Assembly: GCF_009914755.1 (NCBI RefSeq)
Contig: NC_060937.1
Source: the human T2T-CHM13v2.0 reference genome, Homo sapiens
Length of the DNA: 64,000 bases
Strand: one strand, 5' to 3'
Position numbers and translations under genes: made by a program
Notes under the pieces: generated by a model
What the model was told of the DNA's origin: nothing
Databases searched by the model: none
Seen by the model: the letters and a program-made list of their open reading frames with translations, nothing else
Shown: positions 1 to 13,826 of the stretch, piece after piece
Layout: the number at the start of each line of letters is the position of its first letter
Position numbering within the stretch: position 1 is the first letter of the stretch

Positions 1-2302
1 ATATCTATTTCCAAATCCTTTACTGAATACACCCGTTTTAACTACTCTTACTACTTTTATAATATCCGTAAGATAAAAAGAAGATAAGCATAAACTCAAT
101 CACAAAATAAAAGCCTCTGAATACAACCACTCTAAATTCTAAATTTGTGTAGTAAGATTTAGAGTTGACCTTGCCAATGAGATGAAATTTAAACTTTGTT
201 TTCAATGAAAGCATCAGATAGGTAACATTACTCTTAAGAAGGCTTGCAATTCTCTTTTGAAATGCAAATCTAAAACTTAGGTATTTCATAGAGCTATAAT
301 ATGGGATGTATATAACAAGAAGATACATGTTTCATATATCCTGCAATAAAATGGGAATCAGTGAATGAGCCACCTTAATCTCTTGCCTATTTTAAAAGCT
401 GAACGCACACTATCTAGTAAAGAAAATTGATAGAAAGGGAGACAAAATTTTAAGAAAGAGAACTACAAGTCTGAATTAGAAACATATGTGATGAATACCT
501 CAACTCTGCTATGCTATTAGGCAGTTTTAAATACTTAAAATTTTAGCAGGAGGCTGAAAGGATTATACTATGTTTGCAGATACAATATTACATCCATTAT
601 GTTAAGAAAACAGACTAATCAAGAAATCACTCTTTAATGTACTATGACTCATCAATTCTTGAATGTATTTTTACAATTATTAGACGTTTATGAGGTTTCC
701 TTCAAGGATGTCACCTGGAAATAAAAGAGATGTGGAACTTCGAAAAGAATTACTTGACAGATACCTTGTATATATACATTTAGATAATCATTTTGGGAGA
801 CCTAAAGATAAATGCTAGGAAACTAGCTTTCAACTTATGTACATCATTTGATCGCATTGCACCAGATTACTCTTAGGAGAGGGTCTGATCAACCTGATAA
901 ACACACTCTGACTGGGAAACTGTAAGAGAGGAACAAACTCAGCATACCAGATGATGGGTTCAATGTTTGTCTGAAAGAACCAATTTACTCTGTCAAATCT
1001 TTCTATATGCAATGAGAATAATAGAAGCACCTTTTTAAATAGTTATATGAGGCTTACATTACATATTATTTGTAAAACAGCATAGTGATAGTATACATTA
1101 GATACTCTTTTTATATATAAATAAAATTAATAAACCATTGATGGTGAATCCAGAATTGAAGTTACAACTTAAAATATATACTAAAACAATATTAAAAATG
1201 ATAACTGAAAGTAGTAAAAGACTGATAGTCTTGTTTCTGATAATCTAATGATTAATAATTACAATTTGAAAATTAAGAAAATAGATTTTTAACAAGTACC
1301 AAAATCTATTTCCTCTGAGATTAATTATTTCTGAGAAGCTATTGATGAGAGTCCCTTGGGCAAGTCATATATTTTCTGGCTTCACAATTAAATGATGACC
1401 TTAAAATGAAGAAAATCTTAAGTCTTTTCCAAATCTTGACTGCTATGATTTTGATTTTAACATGTAATAAATATTTGATTTATGAGCTTAGTTTTAAGGG
1501 ATTAGAATATATTTCCTGAAAAAAACTTTGTAATTTCTAATATTCATGTATCAATAATATTTTGATAAAAATGATTTTCCAATACAGCTAGTGGTCATTA
1601 ATAAAACAGAAAAATCATTTTGAGAAAGTTTGGTAATTATAATAATTAAACAATAAGAATTGCTAACATTTACTCATCACGCTTTGTTTACCAGGCACAG
1701 TGCTATGGGTTTTATTTAAATGGCTTTATTTAATATCCTCCTAAATCACATCGGGTAAGTAGTTTTCCTCATTTGACCAGAGGTTGAGAGAATTAGGTAA
1801 TACAGCACCAAGGCTGGAAATGCAGTCAACCAAGTTTAGATATTAAAAAGAAGAAATACAAAGGTGAAGAAGTGATGTTTATGGAGAAAGATTACTACCT
1901 TGAAAAGGAAAGTAAACTTGAGGCCAGTGAGTGTTTCTAGTATATGGAGTTTGACTTGTCTAGTATAGTGGTGGTTGAAGTCAGAGGTTTGGGTTGTCTA
2001 ATGAGGGTCCTTGTCTTCCTTCAATTGTATTAAACAGAGCATAAGCAGATGGTGAATGTTCAACTTGATTACATTGACCAAACGGAATTGGATAACAAAC
2101 TCGAAATAGTTTGAGAAAAAAGGTAATATAGATTTGAGGACATAGACCAACAAGTTACCAGAGATCACCAAGGCAGCTATAACTAAACAAAAGAGGGAAA
2201 AGATCTATAAGAACAGCAGTGATTATTGGAGGATTAGATAATTAAAGAATCTGTCAGCTACAATTTAATTGAATTAAAGATGTATAAAAATGATAAAACA
2301 TA

Positions 2303-2303
<1 letters not shown>

Positions 2304-2367
<64 letters not shown>
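2304..2367. repeat. Compound (GT)n(AT)n microsatellite
   Basis: A gtgtgt run is followed directly by a long pure (ta)n run. Confidence 0.97.
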
Positions 2368-2370
<3 letters not shown>

Positions 2371-3396
2371 ATGATAGTTTGCCATAATTTAAAGAAATGG
2401 GTTTGTATTCCCAGCTAAATTTTTAAGAGAAGCATAATTCCCTTTTAAACACCTGAAAAAGAGTATCTATATAGTCATATGTATTATTTGAATTTTTACA
2501 AAACTGAGGAATATAAAACTGGAGGTATTCTACTTTAATTACCATAAAAATTATTTAAAACTATGAAAAAATAATCAGATTATAGATAACAATTTGAAAA
2601 GACCTTAAGGTAAAGTCTTAAATAATAAAATCATGACAAATTTAAAATCTTACAAAAATGCCAGAAATTATTACAAAGAACTTCTCATTTTTACAAGTAT
2701 TACTAGAAGTGACAAATGAGAATGATCACTATAAAATTTTCTGTTTGTCATTTTGTTTTGAAATTTCTGGCTAAAGCCAAACCATGTGAAAATTAGAAAG
2801 AGGTAAAAAGAATTATTGGAAAGGTTTAGATAAATTTATCATATCTTGTGACTTATATATGGTTACATAAGACAATGACATAACAAGAAAATCTAAGAAA
2901 ACAAATTAAATATACCTGTTAGATAAATTTTCTTTTAATTAAAAGTAGAGGATGATGATACTATTGTTTTTAAGGCATCTGGTAGCATTTACCACTCCAA
3001 ATTCATAAATTTTAATACCATGTAGATATCATGAATTTGTCTTCCAGTATTTAAAATAAGGTTGTTTTTGATATTTTTAAAAGGATAACTCTTTTTGTGT
3101 AGAACATCATGAACACTTCAGGTTGTTTACCAGTTCTGCTGTGCTCAAAATTAAGTGCACGTGCCAACCTCAATCACTGAGACTTTCAAGAAAGCTGCTG
3201 CCTATTTCCAAACTTTCTGTGCAGAGTGGAGAGCGGGAGGGCAGGAAAAGAGATCTACCATGCTCTGTTGATAAACAGTGATCCAGAAGGAGCATACGTC
3301 TTTATGATACAATTTTTTAAATATATAATATGCATCTTGTATCTACAAAAAGTTTTAAGTGGCTCCAATAAATGCTTTCTAAAGTACATGCACTCT

Positions 3397-3682
3397 TTTT
3401 TTTTTTTGAGAAGGAGTCTTGCTCTGTCGCCCAGGCTGGAGTGGAGTGCAGTGGTGCCATCTTGGCTCGCTGCAACCTCCGCCTCCCGGGTTCAAGCAAT
3501 TCTCAGCCTCAGCCTCCTGAGTAGCTGGGATTGCAGGCGCCCACCACCACGCCCGGCTAATTTTTTGTTTTTAGTAGAGACGGGGTTTCACCATCTTGGC
3601 CAGGCTGGTCTTGGGCCGGGCTCACGCCTGTAATACCAGCACTTTGGGAGGCCGTGGCAAGTGGATCACGAGGTCAGGAGTT
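3397..3682 (-). mobile_element. AluS (AluSg-like) with inverted 5' segment
   Basis: Poly-T plus antisense Alu body at 3397-3613, then a sense Alu 5' end (ggccggg..ctcacgcctgtaat..ggatcacgaggtcaggagtt) at 3614-3682. Flanking 17-bp TSD taaagtacatgca(c/t)tct at 3380-3396 and 3683-3699. Confidence 0.95.
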
Positions 3683-4124
3683 TAAAGTACATGCATTCTA
3701 AAGCTATTTTCTGTCTTAGAAAGGGGAGCCATTATGTAAAAGTGCCTCAATATAAGCAGGGCTAATATTAGAGAACTAAGAAGAAAGTTTCTGTCCTAAT
3801 CTCCATTCATTTATAAATCGATTTTAATATTACAACTATGTATTAATAGAAGTAGGTTCTAAATCACTTATCATTTGTAATCAGAAAAAGGTAAGTAGCC
3901 TAAAATATGAAAATAGTTTAATAAAATACATTAAAATGATTAAATAAAATTCAGTCAGGAATATAAATTGGGTAGTTACTTTGTAATAGGGAATGTGAAA
4001 AACTGCTGAAAATGACAACTACATTGTGCTAATATATAATACATATCATCAAAAATAATTACATATATAAGATATATAGTATATATAATATATTGCTTAT
4101 CTAATTTCATCTCTGTGACTTCCC

Positions 4125-4250
4125 TAAATTTAGACATTTTCTCTGTTTACAAATGAGAAATTTGAAGCCCTAAGAAACAAATAGCTTTTCCAAAATCACA
4201 TTAGTATTCTGCAGAAATGATGTTTTTATATATAGGTCTAATTCCAATAC
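4125..4250. mobile_element. MIR fragment
   Basis: Degenerate MIR core-like sequence (tttacaaatgagaaatttgaagccc...ttccaaaatcacattagt). Confidence 0.45.
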
Positions 4251-6249
4251 TGGAAAATTAATTATTTTAATTAGCCATGTAGATCAGTTCAATCAATAAA
4301 ATTAATCAGTTATTTTAGTTAAGTATCCAAAATAGTTTAAATATTTAGAACATAATATTAAAAAGTATGTAGAATAATATGAAAAAATGTTCACTCTACA
4401 TTTTTCTAAGAGTAAAGGGTGACTCTACGTTATTACAATATTGCTTCTGTATTTGTCATATTTCTTAAAATCAATTGTGCTCAATGATACTTACAAACTT
4501 TCTGAAAAATGGAATCTAGTAACCAAATTTTATTTGTTAATTTAATGGTCATGAAAGAAGAATGAATAGATTTTTTCAGAAAAAGTACAATCAGTGTTAT
4601 AGGTAATTTATTAAGAATATGAAAAATATAATATTTGATGCAAAAGTATAAAATGTCTAGACTTTTAACTTTTAAAATGTCACAAAAATAATTCAATAAT
4701 AACTCAATGGGATGAATGGCATAAAATGCTTTTGTATCTGTTTAAATGAAGTAAAGACACTGGTTACCTGATTTGGTGTGGCATAAAAATATTATTTTAA
4801 CCAGTAGGCTTTCAAGAAAGTTTGTATTTGTTTAGAAAAATAACCAAATAGGCTTTTCAGAGGATAGAAGTTTTCATGTCAACGCCATGGATGGAAGAAG
4901 ATACTCATGTCCTAAGTTAATTTCTCAGCAGAATAATAAGAAATGCAAAGGAAATTAGAGAAGGGGCAGTAGAGAGAGAAGAGAAAAGGTGAACCCACTT
5001 GTTGAGTGGACTAAAGCTCAAGTTATTGGAAGGGAGTGAAGGAAGGAAAATGAGTCTTAAAAACATTTTTTATTTATCATTATTACAGATAATTATTCAT
5101 TTATTTATCTACCTATTTATTTCAAATTATGTTTCAAAGTAATTGTTTGCCAAACATGATGATGCATAAAGGTGAAATTTTAAAGGTGAAATTTTAAAGA
5201 TTTTAAAGTGATTATGTTCTAAATCACTGTCATGATTGTAGCTTGTGATGGTGGTAGGGGAGAAGGCTTGACAGTAATTAAGAAGTAGAAAAATAGATTA
5301 AAATATCTACTCAGGATGAGAAAGGCAATATAAAATAATCAATAAAGGTAACCATGAGTTGAGCAGCTGAAATACAGAACTTTCAGAGGGGTGAACAGAG
5401 CTAGCCTGTCTGAGTTGGTAATATTTGCAGTGAAGGCTAAATGATGGGAAGCAAAGCTTTCTAGGAGAAGAGGACCTCAGGCCCTTGTTTGGAAAGGTCT
5501 AAGGTATGTGTTTGGAAAAATTTTGGCAAACTTTAGCAACTGTGTCACTGTTTGTGGGGAGATTTATAAAGATATAGCTAGAGAGAGAGTTAACAGCATT
5601 TCCAGTGATAAGTTTGGATTTTATTTCAAGTACTAATGGAAGAAAATGATAATTTTAATCAAAAGAGTGCCGTAACTGTTAGTTAATGCTCTCAAATCTC
5701 CAAAAAACAAATAAAAAACAAACACAAAATACAGAAAAACTTTATTATACAAAATGTAAGTTTAGTGTGGGAGTTATTTGGTAGAGTGGGAAGAAAATTG
5801 CTTGTCATCAAGAAGGGGTTGTGCAGCCCATTTAGCTCCACTCCAATCTCAAAAGAAAAAAAAATTGTAAGGCAAAGAAAAAGGAAAAAAACAATAGATA
5901 CTAAAAATTTTACCCAGAACTGTTACAAAGGTCTGTGATCATATTTTCTACATATTGACAGATGGCATATGTAATACAACGCATATATTGATTTTCTTTC
6001 CAAAGTGTCATGAAATATGGTGAAGATACACATAGGCAATTAAAACATTGCCTTAAATTTCTTATATTTCAAATATGAATTTTAAGAAGAGGCACAATGT
6101 CTAATTAACTAATACCCTGCACCTGAGATCTTTAGGCCTAAATTGGGCTGAAATACAAAGAGCTGACACCTTTTTCTGATATAAATACTATTGATAATGT
6201 TTCAAAGATGTGGGCATGGCCATTGACACTAAGTCTATTTCTAGGAGGG

Positions 6250-6747
6250 TATCAGGATACGTTTGGCTCAAGTAAGGAAATATCAACTGAGTGTCTTATT
6301 GAGGGAGGTGGTACTGTAGGTGGTTTTATGAGTCAAAACTATCACACAGACCCAATCCTTGGCTCTTTTCATTTTTCCATCTGCATTCTCATCATGGTAC
6401 TTCTTCCTTTATAATCATAAGATAGCTGCCATAACTGCAGTGATTATATCTTCCCACATTTATTAAGAAGGGAAGAAGAAAGCCAAGGAGATTTCCTCTC
6501 ACTTCTCTCTGTTATTGTCAAGAAACTAAATATTGTTCCATGACATTGCAGATGACATCTTTTCTCTCTAGTTGAGTAGAATGGAGTAGCCCAAGTTCTA
6601 CTATGCCTGTCAGAGGAAAAAATGGAAACAGATTGTTGCAACTACATAAATTCTTACTCTGGGACCACTTTTACATCTAAGAAAAATCAGGAATCCGTTG
6701 GTGAAGAAATGAGAATGACAGGCAAGCGACAAACAGTGTCTGCCACA
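6250..6747 (-). mobile_element. Ancient MLT1-type MaLR LTR (degenerate)
   Basis: MLT1-like motifs (tcaggata..tttggct..aagtaa; aagatagctgcc; terminal aacagtgtctgccaca). Confidence 0.45.
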
Positions 6748-7119
6748 ATAAGGAAAATATATATGCTAAGAAGGGAATTGTTAAAGTGTTAGAAAAAGAT
6801 AAAATCTAATTACCCAAAGAGGGAATGGGAGTGTATTTTCAATAAAGAGGATAATTTAATTGAACACAATGTGAGGAAAAGCACAATTATTGCTCTGCTC
6901 AGGGGAAGGAGCAATAAGGAGATTAAGAACATCCAAAGAAAATAAATCGCTGTGGAATTCTTTGGGCAAATCACTGTAATATTTGATGTGTTCATAAAAT
7001 ATCACCTATTTTATGATTAGATATTATCTATGGACACACATTTATGAAGGACAAATGAAAATCTCAAGAAAAATAACAGCAAGACATCTGAAAAACAACA
7101 TAATTAAATATAGATGACA

Positions 7120-7850
7120 AGAGTAGAATGGCTAAAATCCAAAGCACTAATAATACCAAATGCTGCATCAGCATCTCTCATTCATTACTGCTGAGAATGC
7201 AAAACAGAACAGCTAATTTGGAAGATATTTTCAGTTTCTTACAAAACCAAATATACTCTTACCATATGAATCAGCAATCTTATCTTGATCTTATTGATAT
7301 CTACCCAAATCTGCTAAAAATGTATGTCCACACATATACCTGCACATTGATGTTTACAGTTTTATTCAAAATTGCCAAACCTGGAAGCAACCAAGATGTC
7401 TTTCAATAGGTTAATGAATAAGTAAACAATGGTCCAGCCATACAATGATTTAATTATTATTCACTGCAAAGAAAAATGAGCTCTCATGCCAAGAAAAGAT
7501 ATGGGAAAACCTTAAATGAATGTTACTAAATGAACAAAGCAAATCTGAATAGAATCACTGTATGATTCCAACTCTGGCATTCTGGAAAAGGCATAACTAT
7601 GGAAACAGTAAAAATATCAGTGGTTAACAGGGGGTAAGGGAGGAGGGAAGAATAAATTGGTGGGGAACAGATGAGTTTTAGGGCAGTGAAGGTATTCTGT
7701 ATGGTATTACAATAGTAGATACATATCCTTATACATTTCTCAAAAGCCATAAAACATGCAACACCAAGAGTGACTCTAATGCAAATGATGGACTTTTAGT
7801 GATAATGATGTCTCAATGCTAGTTCATTATTTGTAAAAAGTGAACCACTA
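7120..7850 (+). mobile_element. L1MC-type LINE-1 3' region, cut off by the younger L1 at 7851
   Basis: ORF2-end-like sequence (agaatggctaaaatccaaa...atgtccacaca...gaagcaaccaagatgtc) and an L1MC-type 3'UTR (caacaccaagagtgactctaatg). Confidence 0.75.
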
Positions 7851-10800
7851 ACACCTGCCTAAGTTCTCAGGCCAGTAGCAGCTCTGCACTTCCCTGGGAT
7901 GAGGCTCCCAGAAGGAGAGGCAGGTGGCCATTTTTGCTGCTCCACAGCTCTCACTACTGTTGCCATCAGGATAAGAGGGTGTACAGTGATCAGGGACTAA
8001 TCCAGACCCGGAGCACAGTGCAGCTGTTTGCCATGTGGGCCCACACCACTGCTACTCCACTCTAGGCACGGCCTCCAGACCCAGGACTCCAGCCACTTCC
8101 TGCCTTGGCTCTCAGGCCAGCAGCAGCCCTGCATTTCCCTAGGATGGAGCTCCCAAAGGAAGTAGGCAGGCCACTATTTTTGTTGCTTTGCAGCCCTTGC
8201 TCCTGTTGCCCTGAGATATGGGAGGGAGCACAGTGATTAGCTACTGATGAAGATCCTGGGCACAGTGCAACAGCCTTATGGAAAAGTGGCCAGACTATTT
8301 TCCACACAGGTCCCCACCTCCACTACTCTTCACTGGGCAGTGTTTCTCCACCTTGAACCCCAGTACAACCACATTTCCCCCATCTGGACACTTCAATCAG
8401 TGGCAACTCTGCATTTTTCTGAGGAGGGAATCCTAGAAACAGCCTACAGGCCCTCTCCCATTGCAACTGCAGTGGTAATGACCTTATTGCCCTCAGTCTG
8501 GGAAAGAAACAAAGGGCCTGATCACTACACTGGACCACCAGGACACCACAGCCACTATATAGAAAGGAGTCCAGTTGCTCTTCCCTGTGAGCCCCCACCC
8601 CTCACTCTTCACCAGTCAGGGCCCCCAGCTTGGGAACACACAGCAGCTGTCTTCTACCCACAGCCAAGCATTTCCACTGCCAGTGGCTCTGTGTTTCCCT
8701 GAGAGTGGCTCCCAGAAGCAAAAAAAAGGCTCTCTGTCCCTGCAGCAGTTCTGTCCCTGCTGCCCTCAGACTGAAGAAGAAACAAAGAGCCTGTGGGCTT
8801 TACTCATTTCCAACACAACACAGTCACCATCTGGAAAGTTGCCCACTCTCTCCCAACTGTGAGCCCTCAACCACCAGCTTTTCATCAAGTGGGGCCAACA
8901 GTTGGGCCAGCAGTGTAGCAGCCCCAGACCCTTGCTGACCAGTTCTAGTAGCAGTGGCTCTGTGTTTTTCTGAGGTGGAGATCCCAGAGGCAACTGAAAG
9001 TCTGTCTACTACTGCCACTGTTCATCTCCAGGTAAGGTGCCCTGGTTTTGGTCCAGAACACAGCTGCCCCACCACAGGCCAGTCACACTAATGGAAAGCC
9101 ACTTTGCATCTCTCTCTGGGGTGGAGCCCCAGGAGACAAGTAAAAGGTCCTCTGCCTCAGGCACTGTCATGGTCCCTCCTCCTACTGCCTCCTAGCTGGG
9201 AAGGGAACATAAAGCCTGAGCTTGCCCCAGTGCTGCAGTGTGAAACCCAGGAGTGCCAAGCTGAGAACTGCAGCCAGCACTCCAGTGGGAGAGGAGCACA
9301 CACTTTCAGAGCATTGAGAGGTAGCATGGCAGCAATCATGAGGAAATACAGAGGAGTCACATGGCTGAGCAAAAGCCTGTCTACACATTCTTTGGTTATA
9401 TGCCATCTGTTGGATCAAAGCCCAAACTTCAATACCAAAAATACTAACATACACTCCTGTGAAACCATGGATGAGAATTCAGCTACAGATAAAGACTTGC
9501 ACAAAGCCTTGGCCTTCTGGAAACATATAGAAAAGAAGTCAACTGATGGTACTCAAATTGCACCACAGTTAAAGGAGCACCAACCCACACAGATGAGAAA
9601 GAACCAGCACAAGAACTCTGGTAACTCAAAAAGCCAGAGTTTCTTCTTACCTCCAAATGACCACACTACTTCACCAGCAAGAGTTCTTAACCAGAATGAA
9701 GTAGCTAAAATGACAGAAATCGAATTTAGAATATGGATAGGAATGAAGATCATCTAGATTCAGGAGTAAATTGAAACCCAATTCAAGGAAATTAAGGTTT
9801 ACAACAAAACAATATGGGAGCTGGTAAAGAAGATGACCATTATAAAAAGAAACAAACTGATCTGATACAGCTGAAAACCCCACTACACGAATTTCATAAT
9901 GCAATCACAAATATTAACAGCAGAATAGACCAAGGTAGGAAAGAATCTCAGAATTTGAAGACTGGCTATCTAAACTAACTCAGTCAGGCAAAAATTTTTT
10001 AAAAAAGAATAGAACAAAACCTCCAAGAAACATGGAATTATGTACAGAGACTATGTCTACAACTCATTGGCATCCCTGAAAGATGGGGGAGAAAGAAAGC
10101 AATTTGGAAAACACACTTTAGAATATGGTTCATGAAAGTTTCCCTAACCTCACTAGAGAGGCCAACATTCAAGTTCAGGAAAAGCAGAGAATCCCTATGA
10201 GATACTACACAAGAAGCCCATCCCCAAGATACATACTCATCAGATTCTCCAAGCTTGAAGTGAAAGAAAAAATGTTAGAGACAGCTAAAGAGAAAGGGCA
10301 TTTAAGAAATATTTCAGCAGAAACCCTACAAGCCAGAAGAGATTGAAGGCTTATATTTAGCATTCCTAAAGAAAAGAACCTCTAAGCAAGAATTTCATAT
10401 CCAGCTAAACTAAGCTTCATAAGCAAAGGAGAAATAAGATTATTTTAGACAAGCAAATGTTAAAGGAATTTGTTCCTACCAGACCTGTCATAAGAGAGGC
10501 CCTGAAAGAAGTGCTAAATATGGAAAGACTATAACCAACCACTACAAAAACAAACTTAAGTACATAGATCATTGATACTGTAAAACAACCTCACAAACAT
10601 GTCTGCATAATAGCCAGCTGATAATATAATGACAGGATCAAATCTGCACATATCAACATTAGCCTTGACTGTAAACAAAATTAATGCCCCAATTAAAAGG
10701 CAAACAGTGGCCGGCTGGATAAAGAAGCAAGACCTGATGGTATGCTGTCTTCAGGAGACCCATCTCACATGCAATGATACCCATAGACTCAAAGGAATGG

Positions 10801-13800
10801 AGAAAAATCTACCAACCAAATGGGAAATATAAAAAAGCAGTGGTTACTATTCTAATTTCAGACACAACAAACTTTAAATGAACAAAGATTAAAAAAAAAA
10901 GTTGAGCATTACATAATGGTAGAGTTTGACTCAACAAGACAACAAACCGAAATATATATATACACACAACACAGGAGCACTCAATTCATAAAACAAGCTC
11001 TTAGAGACCTATGAAGAGGCTTAGATTGCCTCACAATAATAGTAGGAAACTTCGACACCCCACTGACAGTATTAGACAGACCACTGAGGCAGAAAACTGA
11101 AAAAGACATTCAGAATCCGAACTTGACATTTGACCCAATGGACCTAGTAGACATCTACACAACTCTCCACCCCAAAACAACAAAACATACATTCTTCCCA
11201 TCTGCACATGACAAATACTCTAAAATTGATCACATAATCATACATAAAACAATCCGCAGCAAAAGCAAAATAACTGTCAGAGTTTTGTTTACCAAACACA
11301 CTCTCAGAGCACAGCATAATAAAAATACTAATCAATGCTAAGAAAACCACACAAAACCATACCATTACATAGAAATTAACCAACCTGCTCCTGAATGACC
11401 TTTGGGTAAGCAAAAAATTAAGGCATAAATCAAGAAATGTATTGAAATTAATGAGAACAAAGACACAGCATGCTAGAATCTCTGGGACACAGCAAAAACA
11501 AACAGTGTTAAGAGGAAAATTTATAGTGCTAAACAACCACATTGAAAAGTAAGATAGATCTCAAATCAGCAATCTAACATCATACTGAGAGGAACTGGAG
11601 ATACAAGAGCAAATCAACCCCAAAGCTAGGAGAAGACAAGGAAAAAAAAACAAAAACAAAAACAAAAACAAAAAACAAAATCAGAGCTGAATTGGAGGAC
11701 ATTGAGACGTGAAAAACCACACAAAAGATTAACAAATCCAGGAGCTGGTTCTTTGAAAGAATCAATAAGAGAAATAGACAACTAGATAGGTTAATAAAGA
11801 AAAAAAGAGAGAATATTCAAATAACCACAATCAAAAATGACAAAGGGGATATTAACACTGACCATACAGAAATACAAAAAGCCCTCAGAGATTACTAGGA
11901 ACACTTCAGTGTATATAAGTTAGAAAACCTAGAAGAAATGGGTAAATTCCTGGAAACATACGACCACCAAGATTAAACTGGAAGAAATTAAATCCCTGAA
12001 CAAATTAATAATGAGTCCTGAAATTGAATCAGTAATAACAAGCCTGCCGACCAGAAAAAGCCCAGGACCAGATAGCTGAATTCTACCAGATGTATAAAGA
12101 AGAGCTGGTACCATTCTGAAAGTATCTTGAAAAAACTAAAGAATATGAATTCCTCCTTAGCTCATTCTATGAGATCACCATCGTACTGATGCCAAAACCT
12201 GGGAAAGACTTGGCAGAAAAAGAAAATGTCAGACCAATATCCTTGATGAACATAAATGCAAAATCCTCAATAGAATACTAGTAAGCTGAATCTACCTGCA
12301 CATCAAAAATATAATCCCTCATGATCAAGTATGCTTTATCCCTGGGATGCAAAGTTGATTCAACATATACAAATCAGTAAATGTAAAAAAAAATCGATAA
12401 ATGTGATTCATCACACAAACAGAACTAAAAACAAGAGCCATATAATTATTTCAATAGATGAAGAAAAGGCTTTTGATAAAATTCAACATCACTTCATGTT
12501 AAAAACCCTCAACAAAATAGGCATGGAAGAAACATATTTCAAAATAATAGGAACCATCTATGACAAGCCCATAGCCATCATGCTTAATAGGCAAAAGCAA
12601 GAAGTATTCTCTTTAAAAACCAGATCAAGACAAGGATGCCACCTCTCACCATTCCTATTCACCATAGGACTGGAAGTTATTGATAGATCTATCTGGCAAG
12701 GGAAAGAAATGAAAGGCATCCAAATAGGAAGAGAGGAAATCAAAGTATCTCTGTTTTCAGACAATATGATTCTATACCTAGAAAAACCCATAGTCTGCCC
12801 AAAAGTTCCTTAAGCAGATAAACAACTTCAGCAAAGTTTCAGGACACAAAATCAATGTACAAAAATTAGTAACACCTTTATACACCAACAACATACAAGC
12901 TGACAGCCAAATCAAGAATGCAATGCCATTCACAATAGCTGTAATAAGAATAAAATACTAGGAATACAACTAACCCAACGAGGTGAAAGTCCTTTACATT
13001 GAGAATTATGAAACACTATTCAAAGAAATCAGAGATGACACAAACAAATGGTAAACCATTTCATGATCAATAATAGGAAGAATCAATATTGTTAAAATGG
13101 CCATGATGCCCAAAGCAACGTACAAATTCGGTGCTATTCTTATCAAACTACCAATGACATTCTTCACAGAATTAGAAAACAAACTATTTTAAACTTCACT
13201 TGGAACCAAAAAAGAGCATAAATAGCCAAGAGAATTCTAAGCAAAACCAACAAAGCTATGTTACAAGGTTATAGTAACCAAAACAGCATGGTAGTGGTTA
13301 AAAAAAAAAAAAAGACACATAGACCACTGGAATAGAATACAGAGCCCAAAAATATTTCTGTACACTTACAGTCATCTAATATTCAATGAAGTCAAGAAAA
13401 ACAAGCCATGAGGAAAGGATTCTCTATTTAATAAATGGTGCTGGGATAACTGACCAACCATATGCAGAAGACTGCAACTGGACTATATACCTCCTTATAC
13501 CATATTAAAAAAGTCAACTCAAGATGGATTAAAGACTAATGTAAAACCTAAAACTACAAAAACCCTGGAGATTTCTTCTTGGCCTTTTGGCTAACATTAA
13601 TTGTAAAACCCTGAAAAATAACCTAAGAAATATAATCCTGGACATAGGACCTAACAAAGATTTCATGACAAAGATGCCCAAAGTAATTGCAACAAAAACA
13701 AAATTGACAAATAGGGCCTAATTAAACTAAAGAGCTTCTGCATAACAAAAGAAACTATCAACAGAGTCAGCAGACAACCTATAGAATGGGATAAAATAGA

Positions 13801-13826
13801 ATGGGATCCTATAGAATGGGAGGAAT
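7851..13826 (+). mobile_element. Old primate LINE-1 (approx. L1PA13-16/L1PB age) with 5'UTR, broken ORF1 and ORF2; 3' end missing
   Basis: GC-richer 5'UTR at 7851-~9550. ORF1 remnant MRKNQHKNSGNSKSQ (~9592). ORF2 endonuclease start MTGSNLHISTL..CCLQETHL (10629). RT remnant ..[24 protein letters not shown] (12331-12813). Many stops and frameshifts; no 3'UTR or poly-A. Confidence 0.95.
13571..13605 (+). pseudogene. U2 snRNA 5'-fragment retropseudogene (nt 1-35, tailless)
   Basis: atttcttcttggccttttggctaacattaattgta matches U2 ATCGCTTCTCGGCCTTTTGGCTAAGATCAAGTGTA at 29/35 positions. It is flanked by the direct repeat aaaaccctg and is absent from the equivalent position of the second L1 (~31120-31145). 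Confidence 0.85.

Noticed and set aside
3226-3633. 135-aa ORF
   Set aside because: The C-terminal half is a typical antisense-Alu translation, with no support as a gene.
9104-9757. Longest ORF (217 aa) as a novel gene
   Set aside because: It is L1 5'UTR read-through into the N-terminus of a broken L1 ORF1 (MRKNQHKNSGNSKSQ..), and the start is not ATG.
12331-12813. 160-aa reverse-transcriptase-like ORF as a retron/defence RT system
   Set aside because: It is a fragment of decayed L1 ORF2 surrounded by frameshifts and stops; the catalytic FADD motif reads FSDN.
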